A stretch of DNA of 64,000 nucleotides from Azolla caroliniana (GCA_043228905.1 JBHGNT010000009.1:20460001-20524000); one strand, 5' to 3'; positions 1-11,273 are shown, counted from the first letter of the stretch. Numbers and translations: made by a program. The notes: a model not told the origin generated them from the sequence alone.

Positions 1-2738
1 GATTATCGAGGCTTGAATAAAGTGACCGTTAGAAACCGATATGCTCTCCCATTGATCTCAAGCCTTCTAGAACGCCTCAGTGAAGCAAAGTATTTCACGA
101 AGTTAGATCTTCGAGGTGCCTACAACCTTGTTCGAATTCGTCCTGGGGATGAATGGAAGACGGCGTTCCGCACTCGCTATGGTCATTTTGAGTACACAGT
201 GATGCCTTTTGGCCTCACGAATGCACCAGCAGTCTTCCAACATATGGCGAATGATATTTTTCGAGACTTCCTCGATATCTTCATCATTGTTTACCTGGAT
301 GATATCTTGATCTACTCAAAAACTCAAGAAGAACATGATATACATGTTCGCCAAGTTTTGCAACGGCTACGAGAGTATGGTCTCTATGCAAAATTGGAGA
401 AGTGTAGTTTCGACCAATGTCAAGTGGAGTTTTTGGGGTACATAGTCTCTTCAAATGGAATCTCTATGGATCCATCAAAGGTTCAAACAATTTTGGATTG
501 GCAAACACCACAGTCCGTGCGAGATGTGCAATGTTTTTTGGGGTTCGCAAACTTTTATCGCAAGTTCATCAAAGATTATTCAAAAATTGTGTTGCCCCTC
601 ACTCAACTGACGCACAAGAATCGACCATTTGTATGGAGTATAGATGCGAACTCTGCATTTGAGGGTTTAAAGCAAGCATTTACATCCGCACCAATCTTAA
701 TCCATGTCGATCCAATGAGGCGCTTTATACTTGAAGCTGATGCATCGGATTTCGCACTCGGAAGTGTACTATCCCAAATTGGTGATGATGATGAACTGCA
801 CCCGGTGGCTTTTCACTCACGAAAATTTGAAGCCGCAGAAATCAACTATGAGATTCACGACAAAGAGCTTCTTGCCATTGTGGATTCTTTTCAACAATGG
901 CGTCATTTTCTGGAGGGTTCTTCTCAGCAGATTATTGTCTACAATGATCATAAAAATCTAACATACTTTCAAAGTGCTCGAGTCTTGAATCGACGACAAG
1001 CTCGTTGGGCGCAGTTCTTAACTCGTTTCGATTTTGTAATTCTATATCGCCCTGGGATGCAACAAGGAAAAGCAGATGCTTTATCTAGACGTTCGTATAT
1101 GGAACTTCAACCTGGAGAGGCCGCATTTGAAAGCCAAAAGCAAATCCTCTTAGGTCCTGATCGTCTACGAATAATGGCAATGCATACCATCAACACACCG
1201 GGAGATTCAAGGCTTCTTGATTCCATTCGTGAGCAGATTGCGACTGATGCGTTCGCCCAAGAGGTTTTGAGCCATATTATCCCAAATCGTGCATCTAGCT
1301 CCCAAACTCAAAATCCTCGTCTAGACTACACCCAGTTTAGTTGGCATGATGGGTTACTTTTTCGACAAACTCTCTTGTATGTGCCTGACGGTCCTTCTCG
1401 ACTCAAAGTCATGCAACAATGTCATGACACACCAATGGCGGGACACTTCGGCATCCACAAGACTTTTGAGTTGATTTCTCGCCGATATTGGTGGCCACGG
1501 CTTCGCCATTTTGTTACGGATTATGTTCGTAGCTGTGATACATGTTGCCGATCAAAAAAGCCTCGACATCATCCATATGGCTTATTACAGCCAATGCCTA
1601 TTCCGGAGAGCCCATGGAAATCTATTTCCTTGGACTTTATTACGGATCTTCCACCTTCCAAGGGATTTGATTCGATTCTCACGGTTGTCGATCGTTTTAC
1701 GAAGATGGCACATTTCCTTCCATGCACAAAGACCATTACTAGTCAAGAGACAGCTGATTTACTCATGCGGGAGGTGTTTCGCCATCATGGTCTTCCGGAT
1801 GATATTATCAGTGATCGGGGTCCCCAATTCATCTCGAAATTTTGGCGGCACATGTTCAAACTCTTACAACTTCTTGTAAACTCTCTTCCGGCTACCATCC
1901 AGAGACTAATGGGCAGAGTGAGCGCACCAACCAAACAGTCGAGCAATATCTACGTTGTTTTGTCAACTATCAACAAGATGATTGGGTGGATTTACTTCCT
2001 TTGGCAGAATTTGCTTATAACAACTCCGAGCATTCTTCTACTGGATATTCCCCATTTTTTGCAAACATTGGGTACCATCCTCGTTGGACGATGCTTGAAC
2101 ATCCTGAACTCCCAAAAAACCCAGCTGCTGAAGATCGGCTCACTCGACTCCAAGAAGTTCAGGATATGCTTTTGCATCATTTATGTGAAGCCCAAAACAC
2201 TCAAAAGAAGATTGCTGACCGTCATCGGCGTGATTCATCGACTACATTTCAAGTAGGCGATCGTGTATGGCTCTTACAAGGTAGCATTAAAACGACCCGA
2301 CCTTGCTACAAATTGGATTATCAACGTTTTGGCCCATATGTCATAAGTGGTAAGATCAATGATGTGACATTTCGTCTTGATCTTCCTCCTCATATGCGTC
2401 TTCACCCGGTCTTCCATGTTTCACTTTTGGAGCCCTACACAACGAGCTCTATTCCGGGTCGTGTTACACCTCCCCCACCTCCAATTGACGTTTCCAATGG
2501 CTCTGAATATGAGGTTGCTGCTATCCTCGACTCCAAGATCATTCGCAACAAACTATACTACTTGGTTGATTGGTTAGGCTATACACCTAATGATCGAACA
2601 TGGGAGCCTGCCGAACATCTTGCCAATGCCTCCGACATGGTTGTTGCATTTCACAATCAATATCCTCATAAACCAAGTCTGAACTCTTTTCTTCCGACTC
2701 GTGCAACTCGTCATCGAAAAGGGGGGATAATGTCATGA
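1..2738 (+). pseudogene. Gypsy Pol (RT, RNase H, integrase, chromodomain) with a single 1-nt frameshift near 1868
   Basis: ORF 13..2256 has RT YLDD, RNase H EADASD/DALSR, integrase HHCC and DFIT...SDRG. ORF 1842..2738 continues with YHPETNGQSER, the GPY module and chromodomain YEVAAIL...YYLVDWLGY..WEP. Restoring one A in CAA(A)CT joins the frames (LQTSCKLSSGYHP). Confidence 0.92.
2716..2727 (+). other. Polypurine tract of the chromovirus element
   Basis: GAAAAGGGGGGA just upstream of LTR start TGTCATGA at 2731. Confidence 0.85.
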
Positions 2739-3279
2739 AGACATACATCTTGGCTTATCATGACATTCATCTTGGCGAACCAGGAATCGAACCCCTAACC
2801 TCTTGGTTTACATATTGTACTTTAACCATTGTAATAACATATGTGAGATGTAATCATAATAATTATATGTTTAGTTATTACGAGATATTTAGAACATTCT
2901 AGATTATTCTAGAATGTTCTTGAATATTTCATGATTATATTTATTATTATTATTATTCATAAATATCTAAAATATTCTAGAACATTCTAGAATACTCCAT
3001 AAGGGCCTATAAATAAGAGTCCATACACTCATCACAACTCATTCGGTTCAACACCAGTCTTTAGCCCTTAGCCTACTCCTTGTAATCTTCTTTCTCATAA
3101 TATAATCTCATTCCCATTTCTTATCTCTCACTTATACTTTTCTCTCTCTCGCACTCTCTCCCTCTTTCACTCTCTTTTGCTATCACTATCGCTATCTCTA
3201 CCGCTCTCGCCATCTCTATCGTTATCGTTATCTCTATCGCCATCACTCTCTCTCTGCTTCCTACTCAAGAGTCACGACA
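2731..3279 (+). repeat. 3' LTR (549 bp) of the chromovirus element
   Basis: Begins TGTCATGA right after the PPT and ends TCACGACA (terminal inverted repeat, 1 mismatch); internal TATAAATA at 3008-3015 and CT-rich downstream part. Confidence 0.85.
2891..3015 (+). promoter_or_regulatory. Heat-shock-element arrays (nGAAn inverted repeats) upstream of the LTR TATA box
   Basis: 2891-2930 aGAAc aTTCt aGATt aTTCt aGAAt gTTCt tGAAt aTTTc; 2974-2993 aTTCt aGAAc aTTCt aGAAt; TATAAATA 3008-3015. Confidence 0.65.
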
Positions 3280-3566
3280 CTCGACGAGTGACAATAGTCG
3301 ACAAGCTTGAATACTCAATGAGCTGGAATCCTCGATGAGTAGCAATACTTGACAAGTGGTAATACTTGGCAAACACCATCATCCGAATATCCTCACAACA
3401 CTAACTGACATATGTATGGCGAGCTCTACTTGGACGGACTTGTTCAAATCCAAATCCACACGCCCAAAAGAGTTTATGCGAGTTGACCACGCATGACGCC
3501 ACTTCACTGCACCGGACTCGATACCACAGATGGTGGCTAACCCCAAGGATGTTACCCAACATTAAC

Positions 3567-3936
3567 CTCCCCTTGAGCCCGTTAGCTAATGTAGCCCTCA
3601 AAACACCTCCACACCACGAGGGCATGACCAGGAACCAACGCAACCTGGAACAACATATTCAAGGCACGACACGAGTTGCGGGCAATAAAATAATAAATCA
3701 AACTATGGACGACGCAACTCACAAAAGGAGGGCAACCAAAAGCAATTACATGGCTCCCCTTGAGCTCGTTAGCTAATGCAGCCCTCAAAACACCTCCACA
3801 CCATGAGGGCATGACCAGGAACCAACGCAACCTGGAACAACATATTCAAGACACGACACGAGTTGCGGGCAATAAAACAATAAATCAAACTATGGACGAC
3901 GCAACTCACAAAAGGAGGGCAACCGGAAGCAATTAC
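3567..3936 (+). repeat. 187-bp tandem duplication; the end of copy 2 is interrupted by the copia insertion
   Basis: Copy 1 3567-3753 ends AATTACATGG; copy 2 3754-3936 ends AATTAC and resumes ATGG at 9447 after the copia element. Confidence 0.92.
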
Positions 3937-4632
3937 TGTTGAACACCGCTCTCGGCCACAACCGAGAAATAGGATCAAATCACAGAAAACAGGAAATACG
4001 AAATGCTCCAAGACAATAGAGAGAAGAGTACACAGTATGTTTTACGTGGAAACCCTAAATGGGAAAAACCACGGGAGTCCTCACACTCCAACTATCACTA
4101 TGAACAGAGATGTACAATGGTGAAGCTTCAAGGCAACAACCTTGAGCTCACTGTCTTCGCCACAGGCGGCGGTAATACACAGAGGCAACGACCTCCTCGT
4201 CTCTATCTCTCTCTCTCTCTCTCTCGGCTGCTCGCTTCACTCTCTCTGTGTGGAAAAACAGAAAATTAAGCAACAACAAAACTGTTTGCCCTAAGTCATA
4301 TTTATACACATATGACTTTCGGGCTATCTACAAATATAGCCTCAAGGGGCTCTTGGCAAACATATTCACAAATATGTTTCCCGCATCCGGATCTCTCTCC
4401 GGGTACATTCGTCATCCGGCTCCGTAACCGGGATCTTCATCATCCGGCTCCGTAGCCAGGTCTTCGTCATCCGGATCCGTATCCGGGTACTCTTCATCAT
4501 CCGGATCCGCATCCGGGTACACTTCATCCGGCTTCATGCCGGGTACTCTTCATCATCCGGTTCCGTAACCGCAACTGGGCTTGCCGTCATTTATCTCCGG
4601 ACATCCCATCCGGAGGGACCGAAATCCCAACA
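3937..4632 (-). repeat. Copia 3' LTR (696 bp)
   Basis: Direct repeat of 8746-9441; only mismatch seen is T4576 vs C9385. Confidence 0.97.
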
Positions 4633-4649
4633 AACTCCCCCTTCACTTC
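4633..4649 (-). other. Copia polypurine tract overlapping the pol stop codon
   Basis: Minus strand GAAGTGAAGGGGGAGTT directly before the 3' LTR; TGA stop at 4645-4643. Confidence 0.85.
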
Positions 4650-7600
4650 GGCATGGGATGTCTCTCCAATCCGATCCTCTTCCGGCATGCTTCCAGCTTG
4701 TCGGGTGTAAGTACTTTGGTCAGCATATCCGACCCGTTCTCGTCCGTGTGGATCTTCGTCAGCACGAACTCCTTGTCTTCTATCCTTTCCCGGATCCAGT
4801 GGTATCTACGCTGGATGTGCTTCGTCCGGGAGTGATAGGCCGCATTCTTCGCAAGGTGGATGGCACTCTGACTGTCGCAGTAGAGTCGGTACTCCTCTTG
4901 CCGGATACCGAGCTCTCTAATGAAGTCCTTCATCCATATTATTTCCTTGCCGGCTTCAACAGCTGCCATGTACTCCGCCTCCGTGGTTGACAACGCAACC
5001 GTCTTCTGCAGCCTCGACTGCCATGAAACAGCTCCCCCTGCATACGTCATCACATACCCTGATGTGGACCGGCTGGTATCTGCATCAGCCGACATATCCG
5101 AATCGGTGAAGCCGTCGAGTTCGGGCTTACCGGAGCCGAATCGGAGGCACACGTTTGCTGTGCCCTTCAGGTATCGGAGTATCCACTTGACCGCGTTCCA
5201 GTGCTCCTTGCCGGGATTGCTCATGTACCGGCTCACCACTCCGACTGCATATCCGATGTCCGGTCTCGTACACACCATGGCGTACATCAAGCTCCCGACG
5301 GCTGAGGCATACGGCACTTTCATCATATCCTCCTTTTCAGCCTTTGTCTTGGGACTTTGCTTGCTGGACAGCTTGCAGTTTGCCGGGAGGGTCGATCCGA
5401 CCGGTCTTGCTTCCGACATGTTGAACCGTTTAAGCACCTTTGTCACGTACTTCTCCTGTGACAACCACAACTGCTTCTTCTTCCGGTCTCGGATGATGTG
5501 CATCCCTAGTATTTGCCTCGCCGGACCCAAGTCCTTCATTGAGAAGGTTCGGTGAAGAGCCTTCTTCAGCATCCGTATCTTGACCTGGTCCCGTCCGACG
5601 ATCAACATGTCATCCACGTACAGGAGGAGTATTAGAAAGTCTCCTCCTTCGAACTTCTTCACAAACACGCAGTGATCGGACTGCGTTTTGTGGTACCCTT
5701 CGTCTGTCATGAAGGAGTCGAACTTCCGGTACCATTGCCGGGGAGCCTGCTTCAGTCCGTAAAGGCTCTTCTTCAACCGGCATACCAAGTGCTCCTTCCC
5801 TTTCTTCTCGAATCCTTCCGGTTGCTGCATGTAGATCTCTTCATCGAGGTCACCGTGAAGGAATGCCGTCTTCACGTCCATCTGTTCTACCTCGAGGTCC
5901 ATGCTTGCCGCTATGCTCAGCACCGTTCGGATGGAGGTCATCTTCACTACCGGGGCAAATATCTCGTCGAAGTCGACGCCCTTCTTCTGCTGGAACCCCT
6001 TCACCACGATCCTGGCTTTGTATCTCGGGGGGTTTCCGGCATCTCCCGGTTTCAGCTTGAACACCCACTTGTTACGGAGTGCCCGTTTTCCTTTCGGCAA
6101 CTCCACAAGTTCATATGTGTGGTTCTCATGCAGGGAATCCATCTCCTCCTGCATGGCACTTAACCACCTGCGGCTATGGGTGTCATGCTTCGCTTCTTCA
6201 AAGCTCTCCGGCTCCCCCTCGTCGGTTAGCAGCACGTGCTCTGGTTCCGGAAATCTCCGGGGAGCCCTTCTCTCTCTTAGAGGATATCTCCGTTCCGGAG
6301 CTTCGGTAACCGGTTCTTCCGATTCTTCTTCATCCGAATCCATTTCGGGATCGGGGCCGGTTCCGGTATCATTTTCATCTTCTTCGGCCGGTTCTGTTTC
6401 TTCACCGTCTTCGGCCGGATCCTCGAGTGCTAACCGGTCCCTTACCGGTCGGGACTGCTCCTCGTAGAGTTGATCCTCACCGGTCGACTTGGAGCTCTTC
6501 ATCTTCTTCTCCGACTCCAAGTCGGCGAGTGTCTTGTCCTCCATGAAGATGATGTCTCGACTCCTGAATATCTTCTTGTCGACCGGGTCCCATACTCGGT
6601 AGCCGAACTCGTCGTTGCCGTAACCGAGGAATATGCATGGCCGGGTCTTTGGATCTAGCTTTCCTCTCCGGTCCTTTGCCACATGCACGTATGCGAGACA
6701 CCCGAACACCTTCAGATGCCGGTAGGACACTTCCTTACCGGTCCACACTTTCTGCGGCGTGTCTCCGTCCAAAGGTACTGAGGGTGATCTATTTATCACA
6801 TATGTCGCCGTCGACATTGCCTCAGCCCAAAATCCCTTGGGTAATTTCGCATGCGCCAGCATACTCCGGACCCTCTCCATTATGGTCCGGTTCATCCTCT
6901 CGGCCAGCCCGTTCAGTTCCGGCGTCTTCGGCACTGTAAACTCGAGCCGGATTCCCTTCGAGCGACAGTACTCCTGGAACTGCCCCCGGTATTCCCCTCC
7001 GTTGTCCGCTCGTATCGCTTTCAGCTTCTTGCCGGATTCCCTTTCCACTCTTGCGTGGAGTTCTTTGAAGACGGACAATACTTGATCCTTTGTCTTCAAC
7101 GGTGCCGTCCACAGCTTCCGGCTGTGGTCATCTATGAATGTTACGAAGTACTGGGCTCCGCCATGTGACTTCGTTTCTACCTGACACACATCAGTGTGCA
7201 CCAACTCCAATGGTGCACTACGTCTCGTCGGTGGCCTTGAGTGGAAGGAGGTTCGGTTCTGCTTACCGGCCAGGCAATCGGTGCACTTCTCCAGGTGCAC
7301 ATGCTTCACTGGAATAAGGTTGTCTTCTGCAAGCCTCTTCATCCCCTTCTCACTCATGTGGCACAGTCTCTTGTGCCACAGCTCACCGGCAGTGTCGGCT
7401 GCCACATTCAACTCTTCCGGACATAACCGGGCATTCATCAGGTACAGTGTGTTGTCTTTCCGGGCCCGAGCCACTATCAGGCTCCCCTTGCTGAACTTCA
7501 TGACACCGTTCCGGATGCTACCCGTGTAGCCTTCATCATCTAGCCTCCCGGCCGAGATCAGGTTCAATCGGACCTCCGGAACGTGTCGCACATCCTTCAG

Positions 7601-8716
7601 CAGCATCTTGCATCCGGTTGATGTCATCAGCCACACGTCTCCTATGCCGGCAATCCGGCATGTTCCTTCATTTCCCATCCGGACACAACCATGCTCACCG
7701 GCTGTGTAGGATGAGAAGTATTTCTTCTCCGGGGTCAGGTGGAACGACGCTCCGGAATCGACCACCCAGGTCATCTCTTCTCCGGCAAGGTTCAGCTCCC
7801 TCTCTTCGGTAATGAGCATTATCTCTTCTTCACTTGCCGCGAGTGCCGTCGTTCCTTTCCGGTCCTGCCCTCGCCGATCCGGACCTCTCCGGTCCGTGGC
7901 TCCCCGGTATGCACCGTTTCTCTCCGGTGACTTCTTCGAATCGGTGTCGTCGGCTCCGTTGTCTTTTCGGTAATGCCGACAATTCTTCCGGAAGTGCCCC
8001 GGCTTCCCACAGTGGAAGCATGTGGGCCTTCCTCTTGACTGCGACCGGGTCCCCGACTTCTCCCGTCTCTGCGGACTCCGGTTCCATTGTCTTCCCTGTT
8101 CCGATTCGGTAAGCAGCGCCTTCGAGTCGGAGGCCGGTTCTTTATCTCTCCGACGCGCTTCTTCGTTCAAAATGCTTGTCTTTACCGTTTGTAGAGACAA
8201 GTTATCTTCGGTGCAGGAGGTGCTGAGAGTCACCACCAAGTTCTCCCAGCTATCCGGCAATGTACACATCAGAATGATGGCTTGCATTGCATCCTCCAAC
8301 GGGAACTTGATCGCCGCAAGCTGGTTCACGAATCCCATGAACGTGCTTACGTGTTCCACCATACTCTCGCCGTCCCGGTACTTGAGATTCACTATCTTTC
8401 TCATCAGGGAGGTACGGTTCAACGCATTCTTCCTCTCGTAGAGGCCCGACAGCTTCCGCCACATCTCATATGCGTTGGTGTCATTCGCCACGTGTTGTAG
8501 AACGCTCACGTCGACGTATTGCCGAATGGTTGCAACGGCTTTCCGGTTCAGAAGCCTCCACTCCGTCTCAAGTACCCCCTTGGGTATTTCCGACCTGTCG
8601 ATCGGTTCATACAGGTCCCGAACAATGAGCAGGTCCTCCATCTTTATCTTCCAGTCGGCGTAGTTCTGTGCATTCAGCACCATCATGCCCGGAGGCCCAC
8701 TGCCGCCGCCTTCCAT
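4643..8716 (-). CDS. Copia Gag-Pol polyprotein (about 1357 aa): Gag, zinc knuckle, protease, integrase, RT, RNase H
   Basis: First ATG after the PBS (MEGGGSG...). CFHCGKPGHFRKNC knuckle, WVVDSGAS protease, WHKRLCH..C..C and HTD/ADNGGEY/NGLAERMN integrase, QMDVKTAFLHG and YVDD RT, TDSD/STTEAEY/DSQSA RNase H. Confidence 0.96.
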   Translation of the reverse strand: MEGGGSGPPGMMVLNAQNYADWKIKMEDLLIVRDLYEPIDRSEIPKGVLETEWRLLNRKAVATIRQYVDVSVLQHVANDTNAYEMWRKLSGLYERKNALNRTSLMRKIVNLKYRDGESMVEHVSTFMGFVNQLAAIKFPLEDAMQAIILMCTLPDSWENLVVTLSTSCTEDNLSLQTVKTSILNEEARRRDKEPASDSKALLTESEQGRQWNRSPQRREKSGTRSQSRGRPTCFHCGKPGHFRKNCRHYRKDNGADDTDSKKSPERNGAYRGATDRRGPDRRGQDRKGTTALAASEEEIMLITEERELNLAGEEMTWVVDSGASFHLTPEKKYFSSYTAGEHGCVRMGNEGTCRIAGIGDVWLMTSTGCKMLLKDVRHVPEVRLNLISAGRLDDEGYTGSIRNGVMKFSKGSLIVARARKDNTLYLMNARLCPEELNVAADTAGELWHKRLCHMSEKGMKRLAEDNLIPVKHVHLEKCTDCLAGKQNRTSFHSRPPTRRSAPLELVHTDVCQVETKSHGGAQYFVTFIDDHSRKLWTAPLKTKDQVLSVFKELHARVERESGKKLKAIRADNGGEYRGQFQEYCRSKGIRLEFTVPKTPELNGLAERMNRTIMERVRSMLAHAKLPKGFWAEAMSTATYVINRSPSVPLDGDTPQKVWTGKEVSYRHLKVFGCLAYVHVAKDRRGKLDPKTRPCIFLGYGNDEFGYRVWDPVDKKIFRSRDIIFMEDKTLADLESEKKMKSSKSTGEDQLYEEQSRPVRDRLALEDPAEDGEETEPAEEDENDTGTGPDPEMDSDEEESEEPVTEAPERRYPLRERRAPRRFPEPEHVLLTDEGEPESFEEAKHDTHSRRWLSAMQEEMDSLHENHTYELVELPKGKRALRNKWVFKLKPGDAGNPPRYKARIVVKGFQQKKGVDFDEIFAPVVKMTSIRTVLSIAASMDLEVEQMDVKTAFLHGDLDEEIYMQQPEGFEKKGKEHLVCRLKKSLYGLKQAPRQWYRKFDSFMTDEGYHKTQSDHCVFVKKFEGGDFLILLLYVDDMLIVGRDQVKIRMLKKALHRTFSMKDLGPARQILGMHIIRDRKKKQLWLSQEKYVTKVLKRFNMSEARPVGSTLPANCKLSSKQSPKTKAEKEDMMKVPYASAVGSLMYAMVCTRPDIGYAVGVVSRYMSNPGKEHWNAVKWILRYLKGTANVCLRFGSGKPELDGFTDSDMSADADTSRSTSGYVMTYAGGAVSWQSRLQKTVALSTTEAEYMAAVEAGKEIIWMKDFIRELGIRQEEYRLYCDSQSAIHLAKNAAYHSRTKHIQRRYHWIRERIEDKEFVLTKIHTDENGSDMLTKVLTPDKLEACRKRIGLERHPMPK

Positions 8717-8731
8717 TTTCTGTGTTCCCGT

Positions 8732-8743
8732 GCTCTGATACCA
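8732..8743 (-). other. Primer-binding site complementary to tRNA-iMet
   Basis: Minus strand TGGTATCAGAGC two nt downstream of the 5' LTR. Confidence 0.95.
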
Positions 8744-8745
8744 CT

Positions 8746-9441
8746 TGTTGAACACCGCTCTCGGCCACAACCGAGAAATAGGATCAAATCACAGAAAACA
8801 GGAAATACGAAATGCTCCAAGACAATAGAGAGAAGAGTACACAGTATGTTTTACGTGGAAACCCTAAATGGGAAAAACCACGGGAGTCCTCACACTCCAA
8901 CTATCACTATGAACAGAGATGTACAATGGTGAAGCTTCAAGGCAACAACCTTGAGCTCACTGTCTTCGCCACAGGCGGCGGTAATACACAGAGGCAACGA
9001 CCTCCTCGTCTCTATCTCTCTCTCTCTCTCTCTCGGCTGCTCGCTTCACTCTCTCTGTGTGGAAAAACAGAAAATTAAGCAACAACAAAACTGTTTGCCC
9101 TAAGTCATATTTATACACATATGACTTTCGGGCTATCTACAAATATAGCCTCAAGGGGCTCTTGGCAAACATATTCACAAATATGTTTCCCGCATCCGGA
9201 TCTCTCTCCGGGTACATTCGTCATCCGGCTCCGTAACCGGGATCTTCATCATCCGGCTCCGTAGCCAGGTCTTCGTCATCCGGATCCGTATCCGGGTACT
9301 CTTCATCATCCGGATCCGCATCCGGGTACACTTCATCCGGCTTCATGCCGGGTACTCTTCATCATCCGGTTCCGTAACCGCAACCGGGCTTGCCGTCATT
9401 TATCTCCGGACATCCCATCCGGAGGGACCGAAATCCCAACA
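8746..9441 (-). repeat. Copia 5' LTR (696 bp) with CCGG-rich 27-30 bp tandem units in U3
   Basis: Direct repeat of 3937-4632; minus-strand TATAAATA at 9108-9115; repeated TCATCCGG..CCGGGTAC units. Confidence 0.97.
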
Positions 9442-10679
9442 ATTACATGGGATATTGAAGTCGCACTTGCTGAAATGAAGGACATGTATGCACAAGTGCA
9501 ACAAAACTCACTCTTCTAGAAGCGTCGTCATGCCCACACCGTCAAGAACGTGGACCCAACTCAATCCCGAACTCAAGCATGACGAGTAACAGCCTGAATG
9601 AGGATCATACACGAAGACCTCCCTCACCACCACACATAAATGAGAGCCCAAACCCCAACCCCTCCCAACATTGAATTAGCAATGGTGTTGCAATCCATTC
9701 AAACCCTCGTAGCCATGATGGAGAAAGAATGTGTATCCATCGACAATTAGTGATCCTTTGCTAATGATATTGGGAAGAGCATTTCTATTTCAAAGTTGGT
9801 CCCTCGTTTCCTCAAATTTGGCGACACCTATGATCACATTGAGTGGTTCAAGCAAATATGTCGAGCCTATGAACCCCTAACGGAGGTTACCAAAGTTGTA
9901 GCCTTTGGACTCACACTCGATGATCAAGCAGGGATTTGGTTCCTATAAAAGTTCACGTATGCGGGAGCTTGTAAGTTAACAGACATAACCGACTAGGCCG
10001 GACAATAGAAGACAATTAGGAATACACACACACACACACAAATTATATTATAGTCTTTGGAGGTCAAATATGACCTATGAGACCAAAACAATTACATTTC
10101 ACATGATACATGTGAAAGTGAGTAACGACTCTCGATGTTCAAGAACTTTACCAATGAATGTTACAATCAAGAGTGCACATTGTGGTTGTGAGAGAAATTT
10201 GTGCAAGGATTGGGCCTGGTCGAAGATGTGTGGAAAGCATTGTCAAATATGATCAAAGGCAGAGCATTGTATCAAAGTGTGATACCCAGACTCTCAAACT
10301 TGTTTAGGACAAAGTGTGCATAGTCGACCACTCTCATCACTTGTGCCCCAATGCCCTGTCTCACATCACAATGCATGTGGGCTAAGTCGCATGGAAGCAA
10401 TGGTTTGAATAGAGGCCAACGGAATGGGCTCTAACAAGTATTGATGTGTACGGTTTCCCTATTCCATGAAGAATATGGTTTTGTAGTTAGGTGGAACATG
10501 TGTAGTATAATGTATGAAGGGTGAGCCTCCACATTTTTCCCATGTCATGATACATTGACGTTGCAAAAAGGCCTCATTTACAAAGGAATCTAGTGATGCA
10601 TCATGAAGCAAATGTGTTGCATCCCATCTACTGAACCACTTTTTCATACCCTGCATTCAACGGGAACACAAATAAAACT

Positions 10680-10860
10680 TGTTTGTGATTAGGGAAGCCA
10701 CTATACCTTCGGTTTTCATCTGTTCAAAGAGAGAAAAAACTTCATCGGTGCGTGCTTCTTTTGTGTAAGCTCTTATAATGAAGCCCCATGTGAACAAATT
10801 GCGATGAGCCATGGTGTTGAGTATGTCTTTGGCATCATCAAAAGCATCGACAAAGGGCAA
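10680..10860 (-). pseudogene. Pentatricopeptide-repeat (PLS-class-like) gene fragment
   Basis: FDDAKDILNTMAHRNLFTWGFIIRAYTKEARTDEVFSLFEQMKTEGIVASLIT matches the PPR consensus ..RNVVTWNAMI.AY.....EA..LF.QM..EG..P...T; isolated, no full ORF. Confidence 0.65.
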
Positions 10861-11273
10861 TAACACTGTGGAATAACCTACCATCAGAGGTGGAAGCAAG
10901 GTCACGACAACTCCTCAATAGAGAAGAGAGCCTGGAAGGTAGCCATGGCTCTGCCATTTCTGTATATCCTCAAAAAATAGAGAGAAGATGCTACCTTTCA
11001 AAAACTTAATTAATCGATAATCTTAGTTAATGAATAATCTTAACAATAATATTGTATTCATTTAGGCTCATCAAGGATTTTAGAAAGCCCATGAATATAC
11101 TTGTTTTTCGATCGAGAATTCACGCCTGTATGTATTGTGACGATTTCAATGAGCTTTCTGTAGAGTATCCATGGATGTATTGTTTTTCAATCAAGAATTC
11201 ATGCCTATATGTATTGTGATGATTTCAATGAGTTTTCTAATTAATTGAGGGCATGTGTTTATATGTATTTTGA

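Larger units (their letters stand above)
1..3279 (+). mobile_element. Ty3/gypsy chromovirus-type LTR retrotransposon (Tcn1-like), 3' part; 5' end outside the window
   Basis: RT-RNaseH-integrase-chromodomain order, then PPT and a TG...CA LTR (2731-3279). Confidence 0.95.
3937..9441 (-). mobile_element. Full-length intact Ty1/copia LTR retrotransposon (Tnt1/Tto1-like, probably Tork lineage), 5505 bp
   Basis: Two 696-bp TG...CA LTRs, 5-bp TSD ATTAC (3932-3936 and 9442-9446), tRNA-iMet PBS, PPT, one uninterrupted gag-pol ORF. Confidence 0.98.

Noticed and set aside
4380-4575. CRISPR-like appearance of the 27-30-bp CCGG units
   Set aside because: Units are contiguous without unique spacers, lie inside a eukaryotic LTR, and there are no cas genes
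8717-8770. N-terminal extension of the listed 1375-aa copia ORF (MWPRAVFNKWYQS...)
   Set aside because: It starts at a non-ATG codon inside the LTR and runs through the PBS; the first real ATG is at 8716
4581-8932. Many overlapping antisense and alternate-frame ORFs over the copia polyprotein
   Set aside because: Expected shadow ORFs of a GC-rich coding region; no recognisable domains
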